Positions 1 through 10,146 of a stretch of DNA of 64,000 nucleotides are shown here, in pieces; the first letter of the stretch is position 1, and every line of letters starts with the position of its first letter. A program made the translations under genes and the position numbers. The stretch is from Alphaproteobacteria bacterium (GTDB taxonomy: Bacteria > Pseudomonadota > Alphaproteobacteria > MPNO01 > UBA830), in NCBI GenBank assembly GCA_965243135.1, contig OZ251539.1, positions 4,608,001-4,672,000 on the forward strand. Reading direction: 5' to 3'. The notes below the pieces were generated by a model. It was given only the letters and a program-made list of their open reading frames with translations. It did no database searches and was not told where the DNA came from.

Positions 1-572
1 CGCTCCGTCAGGTGCATAGCGGCCAGGCCGTCCCGATCCCGGGCAACGAACGGGCGCGGGCGGACGGCATGGCGACGAACCGGCCGGGCGTCCTGCTTGG
101 AGTTCTCGCCGCCGACTGCGCGCCGGTGCTGCTGGCCGACGAGGAAAACGGCGTGATCGGCGCGGCGCATGCCGGGTGGCGGGGCGCCTTGGCCGGAATC
201 GTCGAGAGCACCGTGGCCGAAATGGAGAAGATGGGCGCCCGCCGCAGGGCGATAGCGGCCGCGGTCGGCCCCTGCATCGCGCAGGACAGCTATCAGGTGG
301 ACGCCGCCTTCCGGGACCGCTTCGTCGCGAACGGAGAAGGCGACGAAGCCCTCTTCCGACCCGATATCCCGGACGGAAAATATCTGTTCGATCTGCGGCG
401 GTACGTCCGCGGACGGCTGGAACGGGCGCGAATCGGCCGAATCGACCTGGCGGCGAACGACACCTTTTCGGAGACCGGGCTCTTCTTCAGCTACCGCCGG
501 AGCCGGCGCCTGGACGAGGACGACTGCGGGCGGGGCCTGTCGGCCATCGCGCTGGACGAATGCCGTACCTGA
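1..572 (+). CDS. pgeF: Peptidoglycan editing factor / purine nucleoside phosphorylase PgeF (YfiH, laccase-domain), 5' truncated by window edge
   Basis: Motifs ADG..T, ADCAPVLL, AAHAGWRG, GPCI and FFSYRR in ORF 12..572. Confidence 0.9.
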   Translation, partial: LRQVHSGQAVPIPGNERARADGMATNRPGVLLGVLAADCAPVLLADEENGVIGAAHAGWRGALAGIVESTVAEMEKMGARRRAIAAAVGPCIAQDSYQVDAAFRDRFVANGEGDEALFRPDIPDGKYLFDLRRYVRGRLERARIGRIDLAANDTFSETGLFFSYRRSRRLDEDDCGRGLSAIALDECRT

Positions 573-775
573 TCATTTTCGCGATCGCGCTGTTTCTGGG
601 TCTCGTCGCGACCTGCGCGATGCCGTCCGAATCGTCGGCGGCGCCTTCCCGCGGACCCCTCCTCTCTCCGGCGCCGGAACCGGCGTTTACAGGTTCGGAA
701 GCCGCTGCTAGTTTGCCGGACGCGGAAGGATCGCCGCCCGGACGCGGCGAAGGGGCCGAAACGGCAGGTACATGA
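560..775 (+). CDS. Possible small membrane/lipoprotein-like protein
   Basis: ATG at 560; hydrophobic N-terminus [19 protein letters not shown], then a low-complexity tail; overlaps the pgeF stop and the prs start. Confidence 0.35.
   Translation: MPYLIIFAIALFLGLVATCAMPSESSAAPSRGPLLSPAPEPAFTGSEAAASLPDAEGSPPGRGEGAETAGT
686..714 (+). promoter_or_regulatory. Putative sigma70 promoter for prs
   Basis: TTTACA-17 bp-TAGTTT upstream of the prs ATG. Confidence 0.4.
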
Positions 776-1704
776 AAATCATCGCGTGCAACAGCAACCG
801 CCCGCTGTCGGAGGCGATCGCCGCCTACCTTTCCCTGCCGCTCACGGACGCGAGCGTCCGGCGTTTCTCCGACATGGAATGCTTCGTCGAAATCCGGGAA
901 AACGTTCGCGGCGAGGACGTGTTCGTCGTCCAGTCCACCTCTTATCCCGCCAACGACAATCTGATGGAGCTTCTGGTCGCCCTGGACGCCGCCCGGCGGG
1001 GCTCCGCGAGCCGGATCACGGCGGTGATCCCTTATTTCGGCTACGCAAGACAGGATCGCAAGTCGGGGCCGCGCACCCCGATCTCGGCCAAGCTGGTCGC
1101 CAACCTGATCACCGTCGCGGGCGCCGACCGCGTCCTCACCATGGATCTGCACGCCGGGCAGATACAGGGCTTCTTCGACATCCCTCTCGACAACCTGTTC
1201 GCCGCGCCGGTGTTCACTCCCGACATCGAGCGGAATTTCGGCGGCGAGGACCGCATCATCGTGTCGCCCGACGTCGGCGGCGTGGTGCGCGCCCGCGCGT
1301 ACGCGAAACGCCTCGACGCGGGACTCGCCATAATCGACAAGCGCCGCGAGCGGGCCGGCGCGTCGGAAGTCATGCACATCATCGGCGACGTGCGGGACCG
1401 CACCTGCATCCTCGTGGACGACATCGTGGATTCCGGGGGGACGGTGTGCAACGCGGCCGAAGCCCTGATGAACAACGGCGCGAAGGCGGTCCATGCGTAC
1501 ATCACGCACGGCGTTCTGTCGGGCGGCGCGGTCAGCCGCGTTTCCGCGGCCCCTCTGGCCAGCATGGTCATCACCGATTCCATCCTGGGCACCGAGGCGG
1601 TGCGCGTCGCGGAAAACGTGAAGCAGATCTCCATCGCGCCGCTCATGGGCGAGGCGATCGACCGCATCAGCGGATCGCGATCCGTTTCGAGCCTGTTTGA
1701 CTAG
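772..1704 (+). CDS. prs: Ribose-phosphate pyrophosphokinase
   Basis: [33 protein letters not shown] and [10 protein letters not shown] motifs. Confidence 0.98.
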   Translation: MKIIACNSNRPLSEAIAAYLSLPLTDASVRRFSDMECFVEIRENVRGEDVFVVQSTSYPANDNLMELLVALDAARRGSASRITAVIPYFGYARQDRKSGPRTPISAKLVANLITVAGADRVLTMDLHAGQIQGFFDIPLDNLFAAPVFTPDIERNFGGEDRIIVSPDVGGVVRARAYAKRLDAGLAIIDKRRERAGASEVMHIIGDVRDRTCILVDDIVDSGGTVCNAAEALMNNGAKAVHAYITHGVLSGGAVSRVSAAPLASMVITDSILGTEAVRVAENVKQISIAPLMGEAIDRISGSRSVSSLFD

Positions 1705-1815
1705 CGCTCGTCAAGTCGCTAAACACCGCTGTCCCGGTTGGCGGCGCGACCGAGCGCCGGACGGGAGTCGCCGCGCAGGCGCGAAGGCGGCCGGCGCGTT
1801 TACGGGAGACGTTTC

Positions 1816-2466
1816 ATGGTCGAGACAATCTCCGCCTTGCCGCGGGAAGCCCGAGGCAAGGGCGGCGCGCGGCGCATCCGCCGGGAGGGCAGGATCCCCG
1901 CCGTCATCTACGGCAACAAGCAGGAGCCGGTCACGCTGTCGCTGGAAAGCCGCCGCCTCGCGCAAGCGCTCGGCAACCCGCAATTCTTCATCCAGCTCGT
2001 CGACGTCGAACTCGAAGGACAGAAGCACCGGGTGCTCCCGCGCGAGATCCAGTATCATCCGGTTTCCGACGCGCCGCTGCACGTGGACTTCCTGCGCTTC
2101 GATCCGAACCGCAGGATCGCCGTCGCGGTGCCGGTGCGCTTCGAGGGCGAGAAGGACAGCCCCGGCATCAAGCGCGGGGGCATCCTCAACATCGTCCGCC
2201 ACGAAGTCGAGGTGAACTGCACGGCGGACAACATCCCTCCGGAAATCGTCCTGGACCTCTCGGGGCTGGAAATCGGCGACTCCCTCCACGCGAGCGCCGT
2301 CACCTTGCCGGAGGAGGTCGAATTCGTCATCTCCGACCGCGACTTCACGATCGCCACCATAGCTTCGCCGGCCGTCCTCGTAGAGGAGACGGAAGAAGAG
2401 GCGGAAGGCGAGGAAGAGGCCGGGCAGGCCGACGAAGAGTCGGCCGAGGACGGCGCCGGCGACTGA
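1816..2466 (+). CDS. rplY: 50S ribosomal protein L25 / general stress protein Ctc
   Basis: GKGGARRIRREGRIPAVIYG, HVDF, acidic C-terminal tail; conserved prs-rplY-pth-ychF order. Confidence 0.96.
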   Translation: MVETISALPREARGKGGARRIRREGRIPAVIYGNKQEPVTLSLESRRLAQALGNPQFFIQLVDVELEGQKHRVLPREIQYHPVSDAPLHVDFLRFDPNRRIAVAVPVRFEGEKDSPGIKRGGILNIVRHEVEVNCTADNIPPEIVLDLSGLEIGDSLHASAVTLPEEVEFVISDRDFTIATIASPAVLVEETEEEAEGEEEAGQADEESAEDGAGD

Positions 2467-2471
2467 ACGCC

Positions 2472-3059
2472 GTGCTGATCATTGCCGGGCTCGGAAACCC
2501 AGGTCCGGAACATGCGCGCCACCGCCACAACATCGGCTTCATGGCGGCGGACGAAATAATCCGCCGCTACGGCCTGTCCCTTCGCAAGTCCCGTCACCAC
2601 GCCTACGTCGCCGACGGACAGGTCGACGGCCGGAAGATCCTGCTTCTCAAGCCCAAAACGTTCATGAACGATTCGGGCAGGGCCGTCGGAGCCGCCGCGA
2701 GGTATCACAAGCTCAAGGCGCGCGACGTCGTGGCGATCTACGACGAACTCGACCTCAAGCCGGGCAAGGTGCGGGTCCGGACGGGCGGAGGGCATGCAGG
2801 ACATAACGGAATCCGCAGCCTGATCTCCCACATCGGCCCCGATTTCAGGCGGGTCCGGATCGGCATCGGCCACCCGGGCGACAAGCGGAAAGTTTACCGC
2901 TACGTGCTGTCGGACCTGTCCGCGGCGGACCGGGAATGGGCCGAACCCGTGCTCGAAGCCGTCGCCGACAGCCTGCCGCTGCTCGTCGCGGGCGACGACC
3001 CCGGTTTCATGACGCGGGTCGCCCGGCTGTCGCCGCCGCCGAACGAAGGCGAGGATTGA
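2472..3059 (+). CDS. pth: Peptidyl-tRNA hydrolase
   Basis: GLGNPG, RHNIGF, KPKTFMN, GGHAGHNG. Confidence 0.97.
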   Translation: MLIIAGLGNPGPEHARHRHNIGFMAADEIIRRYGLSLRKSRHHAYVADGQVDGRKILLLKPKTFMNDSGRAVGAAARYHKLKARDVVAIYDELDLKPGKVRVRTGGGHAGHNGIRSLISHIGPDFRRVRIGIGHPGDKRKVYRYVLSDLSAADREWAEPVLEAVADSLPLLVAGDDPGFMTRVARLSPPPNEGED

Positions 3060-4159
3060 TGGGCTTCAAGTGCGGCATCGTCGGCCTCCCCAACGTCGGC
3101 AAGTCGACCCTGTTCAACGCGCTGACGGCGACGGCGGCGGCCGAGGCGGCGAATTACCCGTTCTGCACCGTGGAACCCAATTCCGGACGGGTGACGGTGC
3201 GAGACGACCGGCTGGACGAAATCGCCGACCTCGCGAACTCCGCGGCCGTCGTTCCCGCGCAAATCGAGTTCGTCGACATCGCCGGCCTGGTGTCTGGAGC
3301 GAGCCGGGGAGAGGGGTTGGGCAACCGGTTCCTGGGACACATCAGGGAAGTCGACGCGATCGCCCATGTCCTGCGCTGCTTCGAGGACGGCGCGATCACC
3401 CACGTGTCGGGCCGCGTCGATCCTCTGGCCGACGCGGAAATCGTCGACACCGAGCTTCTCCTCGCCGATCTCGAGAGTCTCGAACGGCGGCGGGAGCCGC
3501 TGATCAAGAAGGCGCGAGGCGGCGACGGACACGCCCGGGCGACGCTGGCTCTGGTCGAACGAACGGCGGCGGCGCTCGGCGACGGTCAGCCCGCGCGCGC
3601 TCTCGCCGTTTCCGAAGAGGAGGCGCCCCTGTTTCGGCAGATGCAGCTTCTGACGGCGCGGCCCGTCATGTTCGTCTGCAATGTCGACGAAGCGGCGGCG
3701 GCTTCGGGCAACGCGCTGTCCGACGGAGTCGCCCGGTTCGCCTCCCGGCGAAACGCGGCTTGCGTCGCGATCTCGGCGGCGATCGAGGCCGAACTGGCGC
3801 AGCTCGAAGACCCCGAGGAACGGCGCGAATTCATGGACGGCCTCGGTTTCGAGAAAACCGGTCTGGAACGGGTCGTACGGGCCGGATACGGGCTGCTCGG
3901 CCTGATTACCTTTTTTACGGCCGGTCCCCGCGAGGCGCGCGCCTGGACGATTCCCGAGGGCGCCACGGCCGTCGAAGCGGCGGCCCTCATTCATACCGAC
4001 TTCGCCCGCGGCTTCATTTGCGCGGAGACCGTTTCCTGCGACGATTACCTGGCTCACGGCGGCGAGAGGCCCGCGCGGGAAGCGGGCCGAATGCGCCAGG
4101 AAGGCCGCGACTACAAGATCCGCGACGGCGACACGATCCTTTTCCGCTTCAACGTCTGA
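3059..4159 (+). CDS. ychF: Redox-regulated ATPase YchF
   Basis: GIVGLPNVGKST, NYPFCT, DIAGLV, TGS C-terminus FRFNV. Confidence 0.98.
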   Translation: MGFKCGIVGLPNVGKSTLFNALTATAAAEAANYPFCTVEPNSGRVTVRDDRLDEIADLANSAAVVPAQIEFVDIAGLVSGASRGEGLGNRFLGHIREVDAIAHVLRCFEDGAITHVSGRVDPLADAEIVDTELLLADLESLERRREPLIKKARGGDGHARATLALVERTAAALGDGQPARALAVSEEEAPLFRQMQLLTARPVMFVCNVDEAAAASGNALSDGVARFASRRNAACVAISAAIEAELAQLEDPEERREFMDGLGFEKTGLERVVRAGYGLLGLITFFTAGPREARAWTIPEGATAVEAAALIHTDFARGFICAETVSCDDYLAHGGERPAREAGRMRQEGRDYKIRDGDTILFRFNV

Positions 4160-4224
4160 CGCTAGATTGCCGGTCCGGGCCGGGGACGAGGCCCTCGGCG
4201 CCAAACACCAAGAAAGGAAAGCAT

Positions 4225-4899
4225 ATGGGACAGACGATTTCGCTCACCGCGGCCGACGGCCACGCGCTCGACGCCTACAAGGCATCGCCCTCGGGCGCTC
4301 CCAAGGGAGGACTGGTCGTGATCCAGGAGATCTTCGGCATCAACGGCCAGATCCGCAGGACGGTCGATCACTTCGCCGGCGAGGGCTACGCGGCGGTCGC
4401 GCCGGCGCTGTTCGACCGCGTCGAAAAGGGCGTCGAGCTGGGATACAACGAGGACGACTTCGCGAAGGGCCGCGAGACGCGCGGAAAGATCACCGACGCC
4501 TGGATCGCGGCCGACGTCGGCGCCGCGGCTCGGGAAGTCTCGTCCGCCGGCAAGGTCGGCGTCATCGGCTTCTGCTTCGGCGGCTACGCCGCCTACGTCG
4601 CCGCCTGCACCGTGGACGGCGTGTCGGCGGCGATGCCGTTCTACGGCGGCGGCATCGCGGCCAAGGTCGGCGAAATGAAGCCCAAATGCCCGACGCAGTT
4701 CCACTTCGGCGACAAGGACGCGGCGATCCCCCTGGACGACCTCCAGAAAATCAGGGACGCCCTGCAGGACTGCCCGCTCTACGTCTACGACGACTCCGGC
4801 CACGGCTTCACCTGCGACGACCGGGACGCGTTCAATCCCGGCGCGACCGAACGCGCCTATGCGCGCGCCCTCGACTGGATGAGCCGGCACGCGACATGA
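4225..4899 (+). CDS. Dienelactone hydrolase family protein
   Basis: QEIFG, GFCFGG nucleophile motif, HGF; RBS-like AAGGAAAG upstream. Confidence 0.92.
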   Translation: MGQTISLTAADGHALDAYKASPSGAPKGGLVVIQEIFGINGQIRRTVDHFAGEGYAAVAPALFDRVEKGVELGYNEDDFAKGRETRGKITDAWIAADVGAAAREVSSAGKVGVIGFCFGGYAAYVAACTVDGVSAAMPFYGGGIAAKVGEMKPKCPTQFHFGDKDAAIPLDDLQKIRDALQDCPLYVYDDSGHGFTCDDRDAFNPGATERAYARALDWMSRHAT

Positions 4900-4919
4900 A
4901 CGCGGCCGCCTGAGTTTAC

Positions 4920-4942
4920 GGCCCCCTCCCGCGGAGGGGGCC
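4920..4942. terminator. Hairpin between convergent genes, probable bidirectional terminator
   Basis: GGCCCCCTCC-CGC-GGAGGGGGCC, a perfect 10-bp stem. Confidence 0.55.
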
Positions 4943-4950
4943 GCCCCGCG

Positions 4951-6972
4951 CTATCGCGGCGCGGCGGCAATGTTGCCGCCGTCGACGGTCATGACCGCGC
5001 CCGTCGTCTTTTTCGCCATGGCGAGGCCGACGAAAGCCTGCGCAACGTCTTCCGCAGTCACTTCCGTTCCCAACAGATTCCCCGACATGTACTCGGCTTC
5101 GCTCACGCCCCGCGCCGCCGCTCTCGACACGATCATGCCGTCGGTCAGCAGCCCCGATCTGATGCGGTCCGCGTTGACGGCATTGGAGCGGATGCCGTCG
5201 GCGCCGTGATCGAGCGCGTATTGCCGCGAGAGAAACAGCGTCGAAGCCTTGGGCAGTCCGTAAGGCCCGAAATCGCGGCCGGGGGAAACGGCCTGCTTGG
5301 ACGCATTGAACAGCAGCGCGCCGCCGGTGCCCTGCGCTTTCATGATCGCGACAGCGGCCTGCGCGCAGCGTTGATGGCCCCAGAAGTTCAGCTCGAAACT
5401 CCGGCGCAGGATTTTCTCGTCGACATCGCCGATGCGTCCCTGCCACGCGGCTCCGGCATTGGAAACCAGAACGTCGATCCCGCCGTAGGCGCGGCAGACG
5501 GCGGCGAACGCGGATTTTACGGACGGCCCCCGCGTCACGTCGCAATGCACGGCGAGACCGTCGACTTCCCCGGCGGCCGCTTTCGCCGCTTCGCGGTCGT
5601 TATCCAGAACCGCCACTTCGGCTCCGGCGCGGGCGAACGCGGCCACGGTCGCTCGGCCGATGCCGGATCCTCCGCCGGTCACCGCGACGACATGCCGCGC
5701 AAGCGGTTTTTCCGCCGCTTTGCCGAGCTTCGCCTGCTCCAGCGACCAATACTCGACATCGAAGATGTCGCGCTCGGAAATGCTTTCGTACCGGCCCACC
5801 CGCTCGGCATCGACGGTCACGCGGGCCGTGGTTTCCGCGAGATCGGCGGCGATCCGCGCCTCCCGCGCCGACTTTCCGAGTCCGAAGAGGCCGAGGCCGG
5901 GCGCCAGAACGACCCGCGGCATCGGGTCGAGCGGACGCTTGTCCTTGCGCCGGTCGTTGCGCCTGAAATACTTTTGGTAGTCGCGAGCGTAGTCAGCGAC
6001 CGCTCCGCGGATCGCGGCGAGGTTCGGCGGCAGGATCAGGGGTTTCGGCTTGGTCCGGATCACGTGATCGGGAGTCGCCGGACCGGCCGCGGCGTACCGC
6101 CCTAAATCGCTTCCATCGACGTATTCGCGAACGGACTTCGAGTCGCGAAATTCGAGGATCAGGCGACGCCAGTCGCCGTCCATGCGTTCCGCGACGGCCC
6201 CCCTGAGGACGGGAGCGAGATCTTCGACCGGCGCCGCCGACCGGCGCGGGCGCGCGGGCGGCATGGCTTTCGGAGCTCGCGCGACGCGGCGTTCCGCGAC
6301 CGCCACCAGATCGATCATGCGTTCGTACGACTCGCGGGCGGTTTCGCCGAAGGAGAATATTCCGTGCTTGACGAGAATCAGGCCTTCGACGTCCGGCCGC
6401 TCTTCCAGAACGCGCGCGCATTCCAGGGCCAGCGCAAAGCCCGGCATGACGTAGGGGACCGGAGCGGCCAGCGGCCCGAAGAGATCCCTGCAGCGCGCTT
6501 CGGCCTCCGGCTGGTCGGTTACGGCGAGAATCGCATCCGCATGCGTATGGTCGACGAACTTGTGCGGCAGAAAGGCATGCAACAGGGTTTCGATGGAGGG
6601 GTTCGGCGCGGACGAATCCAGCAACGCGCCGCGTTGAACGTTGATCATGTCCTCGTCCGACAACGCCTTCAGTCGGCGCAGCCTGAGCAGCGCGTCCATC
6701 CGCACCGCAGGAAGCCCGGCGGGTTCGATTTCGGCCAGATCCCAGCCGGAGCCCTTGACGCAGAGAACGTCCGTTTCCTCGCCGGCGGCGTCCGTCATGC
6801 GGGTCTTTACCGAGGTATTGCCGCCGCCGTGCAGCACGAGGCGTCCGTCGCGCCCCAGCAACCGCGAGGAATACACTCGCATCGCGACGTCTCCAGCCAC
6901 GCCCCTGGCGGCATAGTCGCGCGTCAGAGCGTCCGCATCCCTTTCCGACCACCTGCTTTTCATAAACTTCAA
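4951..6972 (-). CDS. Bifunctional class II aldolase / short-chain dehydrogenase
   Basis: GGGNTSVK, PSIETLLH, HTH, TPDHVIRTK, EYWSLEQAKL; C-terminal TGGGSGIG and YxxxK SDR motifs; start may be ATG 6963. Confidence 0.92.
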   Translation of the reverse strand: MKFMKSRWSERDADALTRDYAARGVAGDVAMRVYSSRLLGRDGRLVLHGGGNTSVKTRMTDAAGEETDVLCVKGSGWDLAEIEPAGLPAVRMDALLRLRRLKALSDEDMINVQRGALLDSSAPNPSIETLLHAFLPHKFVDHTHADAILAVTDQPEAEARCRDLFGPLAAPVPYVMPGFALALECARVLEERPDVEGLILVKHGIFSFGETARESYERMIDLVAVAERRVARAPKAMPPARPRRSAAPVEDLAPVLRGAVAERMDGDWRRLILEFRDSKSVREYVDGSDLGRYAAAGPATPDHVIRTKPKPLILPPNLAAIRGAVADYARDYQKYFRRNDRRKDKRPLDPMPRVVLAPGLGLFGLGKSAREARIAADLAETTARVTVDAERVGRYESISERDIFDVEYWSLEQAKLGKAAEKPLARHVVAVTGGGSGIGRATVAAFARAGAEVAVLDNDREAAKAAAGEVDGLAVHCDVTRGPSVKSAFAAVCRAYGGIDVLVSNAGAAWQGRIGDVDEKILRRSFELNFWGHQRCAQAAVAIMKAQGTGGALLFNASKQAVSPGRDFGPYGLPKASTLFLSRQYALDHGADGIRSNAVNADRIRSGLLTDGMIVSRAAARGVSEAEYMSGNLLGTEVTAEDVAQAFVGLAMAKKTTGAVMTVDGGNIAAAPR

Positions 6973-7370
6973 AGCCTCGCTTCTCCGCCTGCGCCGCCAA
7001 TCGGCTCCTTTCCCGTTACGGATCGAGAAAACCGCCGTACTCTACAAGCTTCCAAGCTCTTCTGCGCCGATTTCACGCAGTATTTCCACATTTCCTCATC
7101 GCGCCGATCGTTCTCCAGCCTTGCGAGCCGCTTTGATCGCTCGCTGTCCATGGTTTCGAACGAGCCTCATGTCACGGACTTGGAAGATCTTTCGCTCCAA
7201 GAGGGCCGCGCAGCGGTCCGACCGTCGGCAATCAGCCGGGAACTTTCCGGGAACGTCCACGGTTGACAGGCGGGTTCCCGGAGATGGGCGAGCCTCATCG
7301 CCTTGAAATCTTCGCGCAGTTCTCGGAGAAATTCAGGTTGTGGTATATATTGAGCACGCACAAGCTAGCC

Positions 7371-9737
7371 CTGCCTGTGCCCCATAAAGATTTTTCTGGA
7401 CTCTGGCCAGCCGATTCGCTACGGTGCCCGGCATGGAGTTCCAGAATCAGGTTCGGCAAAGCCTCCGGAACGATTTTGCGCGCTTGCAAGGGGTGCTGGC
7501 GAACGGGGTTTTCACTCGCCGCAGCGAGGTCGCGGATCGCGTGTGCGAAGCATTCGGGTTTCGTGATGGGCTTGGCCGCCTGCAGCGAGCGGGCTGTCTG
7601 AAGGCGTTGGCGGAGTTTGAGGCGGCGGGACGGATTTCGCTGCCGTCGCCGACGCATTCCGGCGGTGGCGCGTGGCGCCCGCGACGTCTTGCGGAGCCGG
7701 TTCCTCCGCCGAAGAGCGTACCGGAGGAAGTCGGTGCGGTCGAGGGCCTGGAGTTGGTGCCGGTGACGGATGACGATCATCGCCTGGTATGGAACACGAT
7801 GCTGGAGGAGGAGCATCCACGCGGCGCCGGTCCACTGGTGGGCTGTCAGTTACGGTATCTGGTGGGGTCGGCGCATGGCTGGCTGGGGGCTGTCGGGTTC
7901 GCGGCGTCGGCGCACAGGCTCGAATGCCGCGACCGTTGGATAGGCTGGAGCGACGCAGGAAGGCGCGCTTGTTTGCACCGGGTCGTGTGCCTGTCGCGTT
8001 TTCTGGTCCGGCCCGGCGTCGAGTGCCGTAATCTTGCCTCGCATGTCTTGGGCGGCGTGGTCCGCAGGGTGGGAGACGATTTCGAGGCGCGCTACGGCTA
8101 CCGCCCGTATTTGCTGGAGACCTTCGTAGACCGGCATGCGGGAACGAGCTTTCAGGCGTCCAACTGGCACCGAATTGGCGAGACAGCCGGCCGGGGGCGA
8201 CAGGATCGGGAACATGCGGCAACGGAGACGCCGAAGGCTGTATATGTGTACGAATTGGATGCGGACTGGCAGGTGCGCATCCTGGAGCCGCGTGCGCCGC
8301 TTGCACCGTTGGAGGTCGGATCCGGTCTGGATCGGGAGAGTTGGGCGGAACAGGAGTTCGGCGGTGCGCCGCTGGGGGATGTGCGTCTGAGCGCGCGCCT
8401 GGTGACTTGTGCCCGATATCAGGCGGAAGCGCCGACGCAGGCGTTCACGTGCGCTGCGAGAGGGGGCCTTGATAAAGGCTTACTATCGCTTGATCGACAA
8501 GCCGGACAGTGATGCGGTGACGGTGGAGAACATCCTGCAGCCGCATCGGCGGCAGACGCTGCGGCGGATGCAGGGGGAGAAGACGGTGCTGTGCGTGCAG
8601 GACGGCAGCACGCTGAACTTCGCGAAGCGGGGGAAGACCGAGGGTTTGGGAATCATCGGTCGGAACCAGACCGGCGCCGGCACCCGAGGCCTGAACCTGC
8701 ACGCCACGGTCAACACGGAGGGGCTGCCGCTGGGGGTTCTGCGGGCGGCGTTCGATGCGCCGCAGCCGAGCGCGGAGAGGGACAAGCCCCGCGAGAAGAA
8801 GAAGTCGTACCGTTGGATTCAGGGCCTTCAGGACAGCGCCGAGGCTGCTTCTGCACTCGATGGCGTGCAGGTGGTCGGCGTCATGGACCGGGAGGCGGAC
8901 TTCGTCGACCTGTTCGTTGAGCGGCGCGAGCGGGCGCCGGGAGTGGAACTTCTGGTGCGGGCGAAGACGAACCGGGTTCTCGGCAAGGACGACACCGACA
9001 AGCTGTTCGACAAGGTGCGGAAAAGCCCGGTGCAGGGCAAGCGCGTCATCGAGGTCAAACGTCTGAGCGCACGCATAAAGGCAAGCAAGCAGGCCGCGAG
9101 GGCCGTGCGGCCGGAGCGCCAGGCCACGGTCGAACTGCGCTACCTCAAGGTCGAGTTGCCGGCGAAGGGCAAGAATCCCGTCGAGGCGACGATTGTGCAT
9201 GTCCGCGAGAAAGCTCCCCCGCCGGACGCCGGACGGCTGGAATGGTTCCTGCTGACGACGCTGCCGGTCGAGAGCGCCGAGGACGCCGAACGCATCCTGA
9301 CTTGGTATGGCCTGCGCTGGCGTATCGAAGATTATTTCAGGGTCCTGAAGTCCGGCTGCCGAGGACCTTGAGAATCGGACGGCCGAACGTCTTCAGCGTG
9401 CCGCCGCCATCAACATCGTCATCGCCTGGCGCATCCACCTGATGACCCGTCTCGGACGGGAACTGCCCGATCTGCCGCCTGAGATCCTGTTCTCGGACGT
9501 CGAACTCCGGGTGCTGGCGCTCCTCGCCAAATCTTGGCGCATGGCACCGCCGAAAAGCCTCGGAGACGCTGTCTTCCTGGTCGCCCGCCTCGGAGGGTAC
9601 TTCAAGCGCAAGCGTGATCCGCCAGGCGCGGAAGTGATGTGGAACGGCTACGCCCAACTCGCCGCCAAGGCGCATTTCCGGGAACTTGAGGATGAACACG
9701 GATGTTAGTCCAGCAAAACTTTATGGGGCACAGGCAG
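7371..9737 (+). mobile_element. IS4-family (Tn5/IS50-like) insertion sequence, 2367 bp, with terminal inverted repeats and 8-bp target duplication
   Basis: IRL 7371-7402 CTGCCTGTGCCCCATAAAGATTTTTCTGGACT; IRR 9707-9737 is its reverse complement with the outer 19 bp identical; AGCTAGCC duplicated at 7363-7370 and 9738-9745. Confidence 0.93.
7433..9708 (+). pseudogene. DUF4338 (DruA-like) domain fused to IS4/Tn5-type transposase, two frameshifts
   Basis: DUF4338-like GCQLRYLV, RDRWIGWS, SRFLVRP, NLASHVL, ETFVD, ASNW..IGETAGRGRQD; Tn5-like WAEQEFGGAPLGDVRL, VQDGSTLN, VMDREAD, Y..RWRIEDYFRVLKSGC, VARLGGY..RKRDPPG; frame changes near 8465 and 9360. Confidence 0.88.
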
Positions 9738-9859
9738 AGCTAGCCGTAACTCGAAAATCCTGCGATACGGATGTTCCGAATTCGTTCGATGTCGCTCGCA
9801 TACATCCATCAACTTGAGCATGAGCCAATGCCCCGCCCCGCTATGTCGAGCAGGACAGA

Positions 9860-10146
9860 ATGTTCGAGCGGGATCCCGTCAAGGCGGAAAGCAATCTGCG
9901 AAAACACAGCATCAAGTTCGACTGGCCGCAACGGTGTTCGAGGATCCGCTCTCGACGTCAATACGCGATGAGGACCGCGGCGGAATCGAGGAACAGTGGA
10001 TAACGATGGGAGAGGCTCGGAACTGTCAGCTACTGCTGGTGATCCATACCGACCGTCCAACGCTTGGCGGCGAACTTTCCGTGCGGATCATTTCGGCCCG
10101 CCGGGCCACCCGCAAAGAGCGGCGTCAATACGAGTCGGGCGAATGA
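9860..10146 (+). pseudogene. BrnT family toxin (DUF497), frameshifted
   Basis: MFERDPVKAESNLRKHSIKF from ATG 9860, a frame change near 9921, then AATVFEDP...LLLVIHT...RIISARRATRKERRQY. Confidence 0.8.

Noticed and set aside
8455-8480. Programmed frameshift between the DUF4338 and transposase frames
   Set aside because: The shift falls inside the Tn5-type DNA-binding domain, there is no X XXY YYZ slippery heptamer, and a second frameshift occurs near 9360; decay is the simpler explanation
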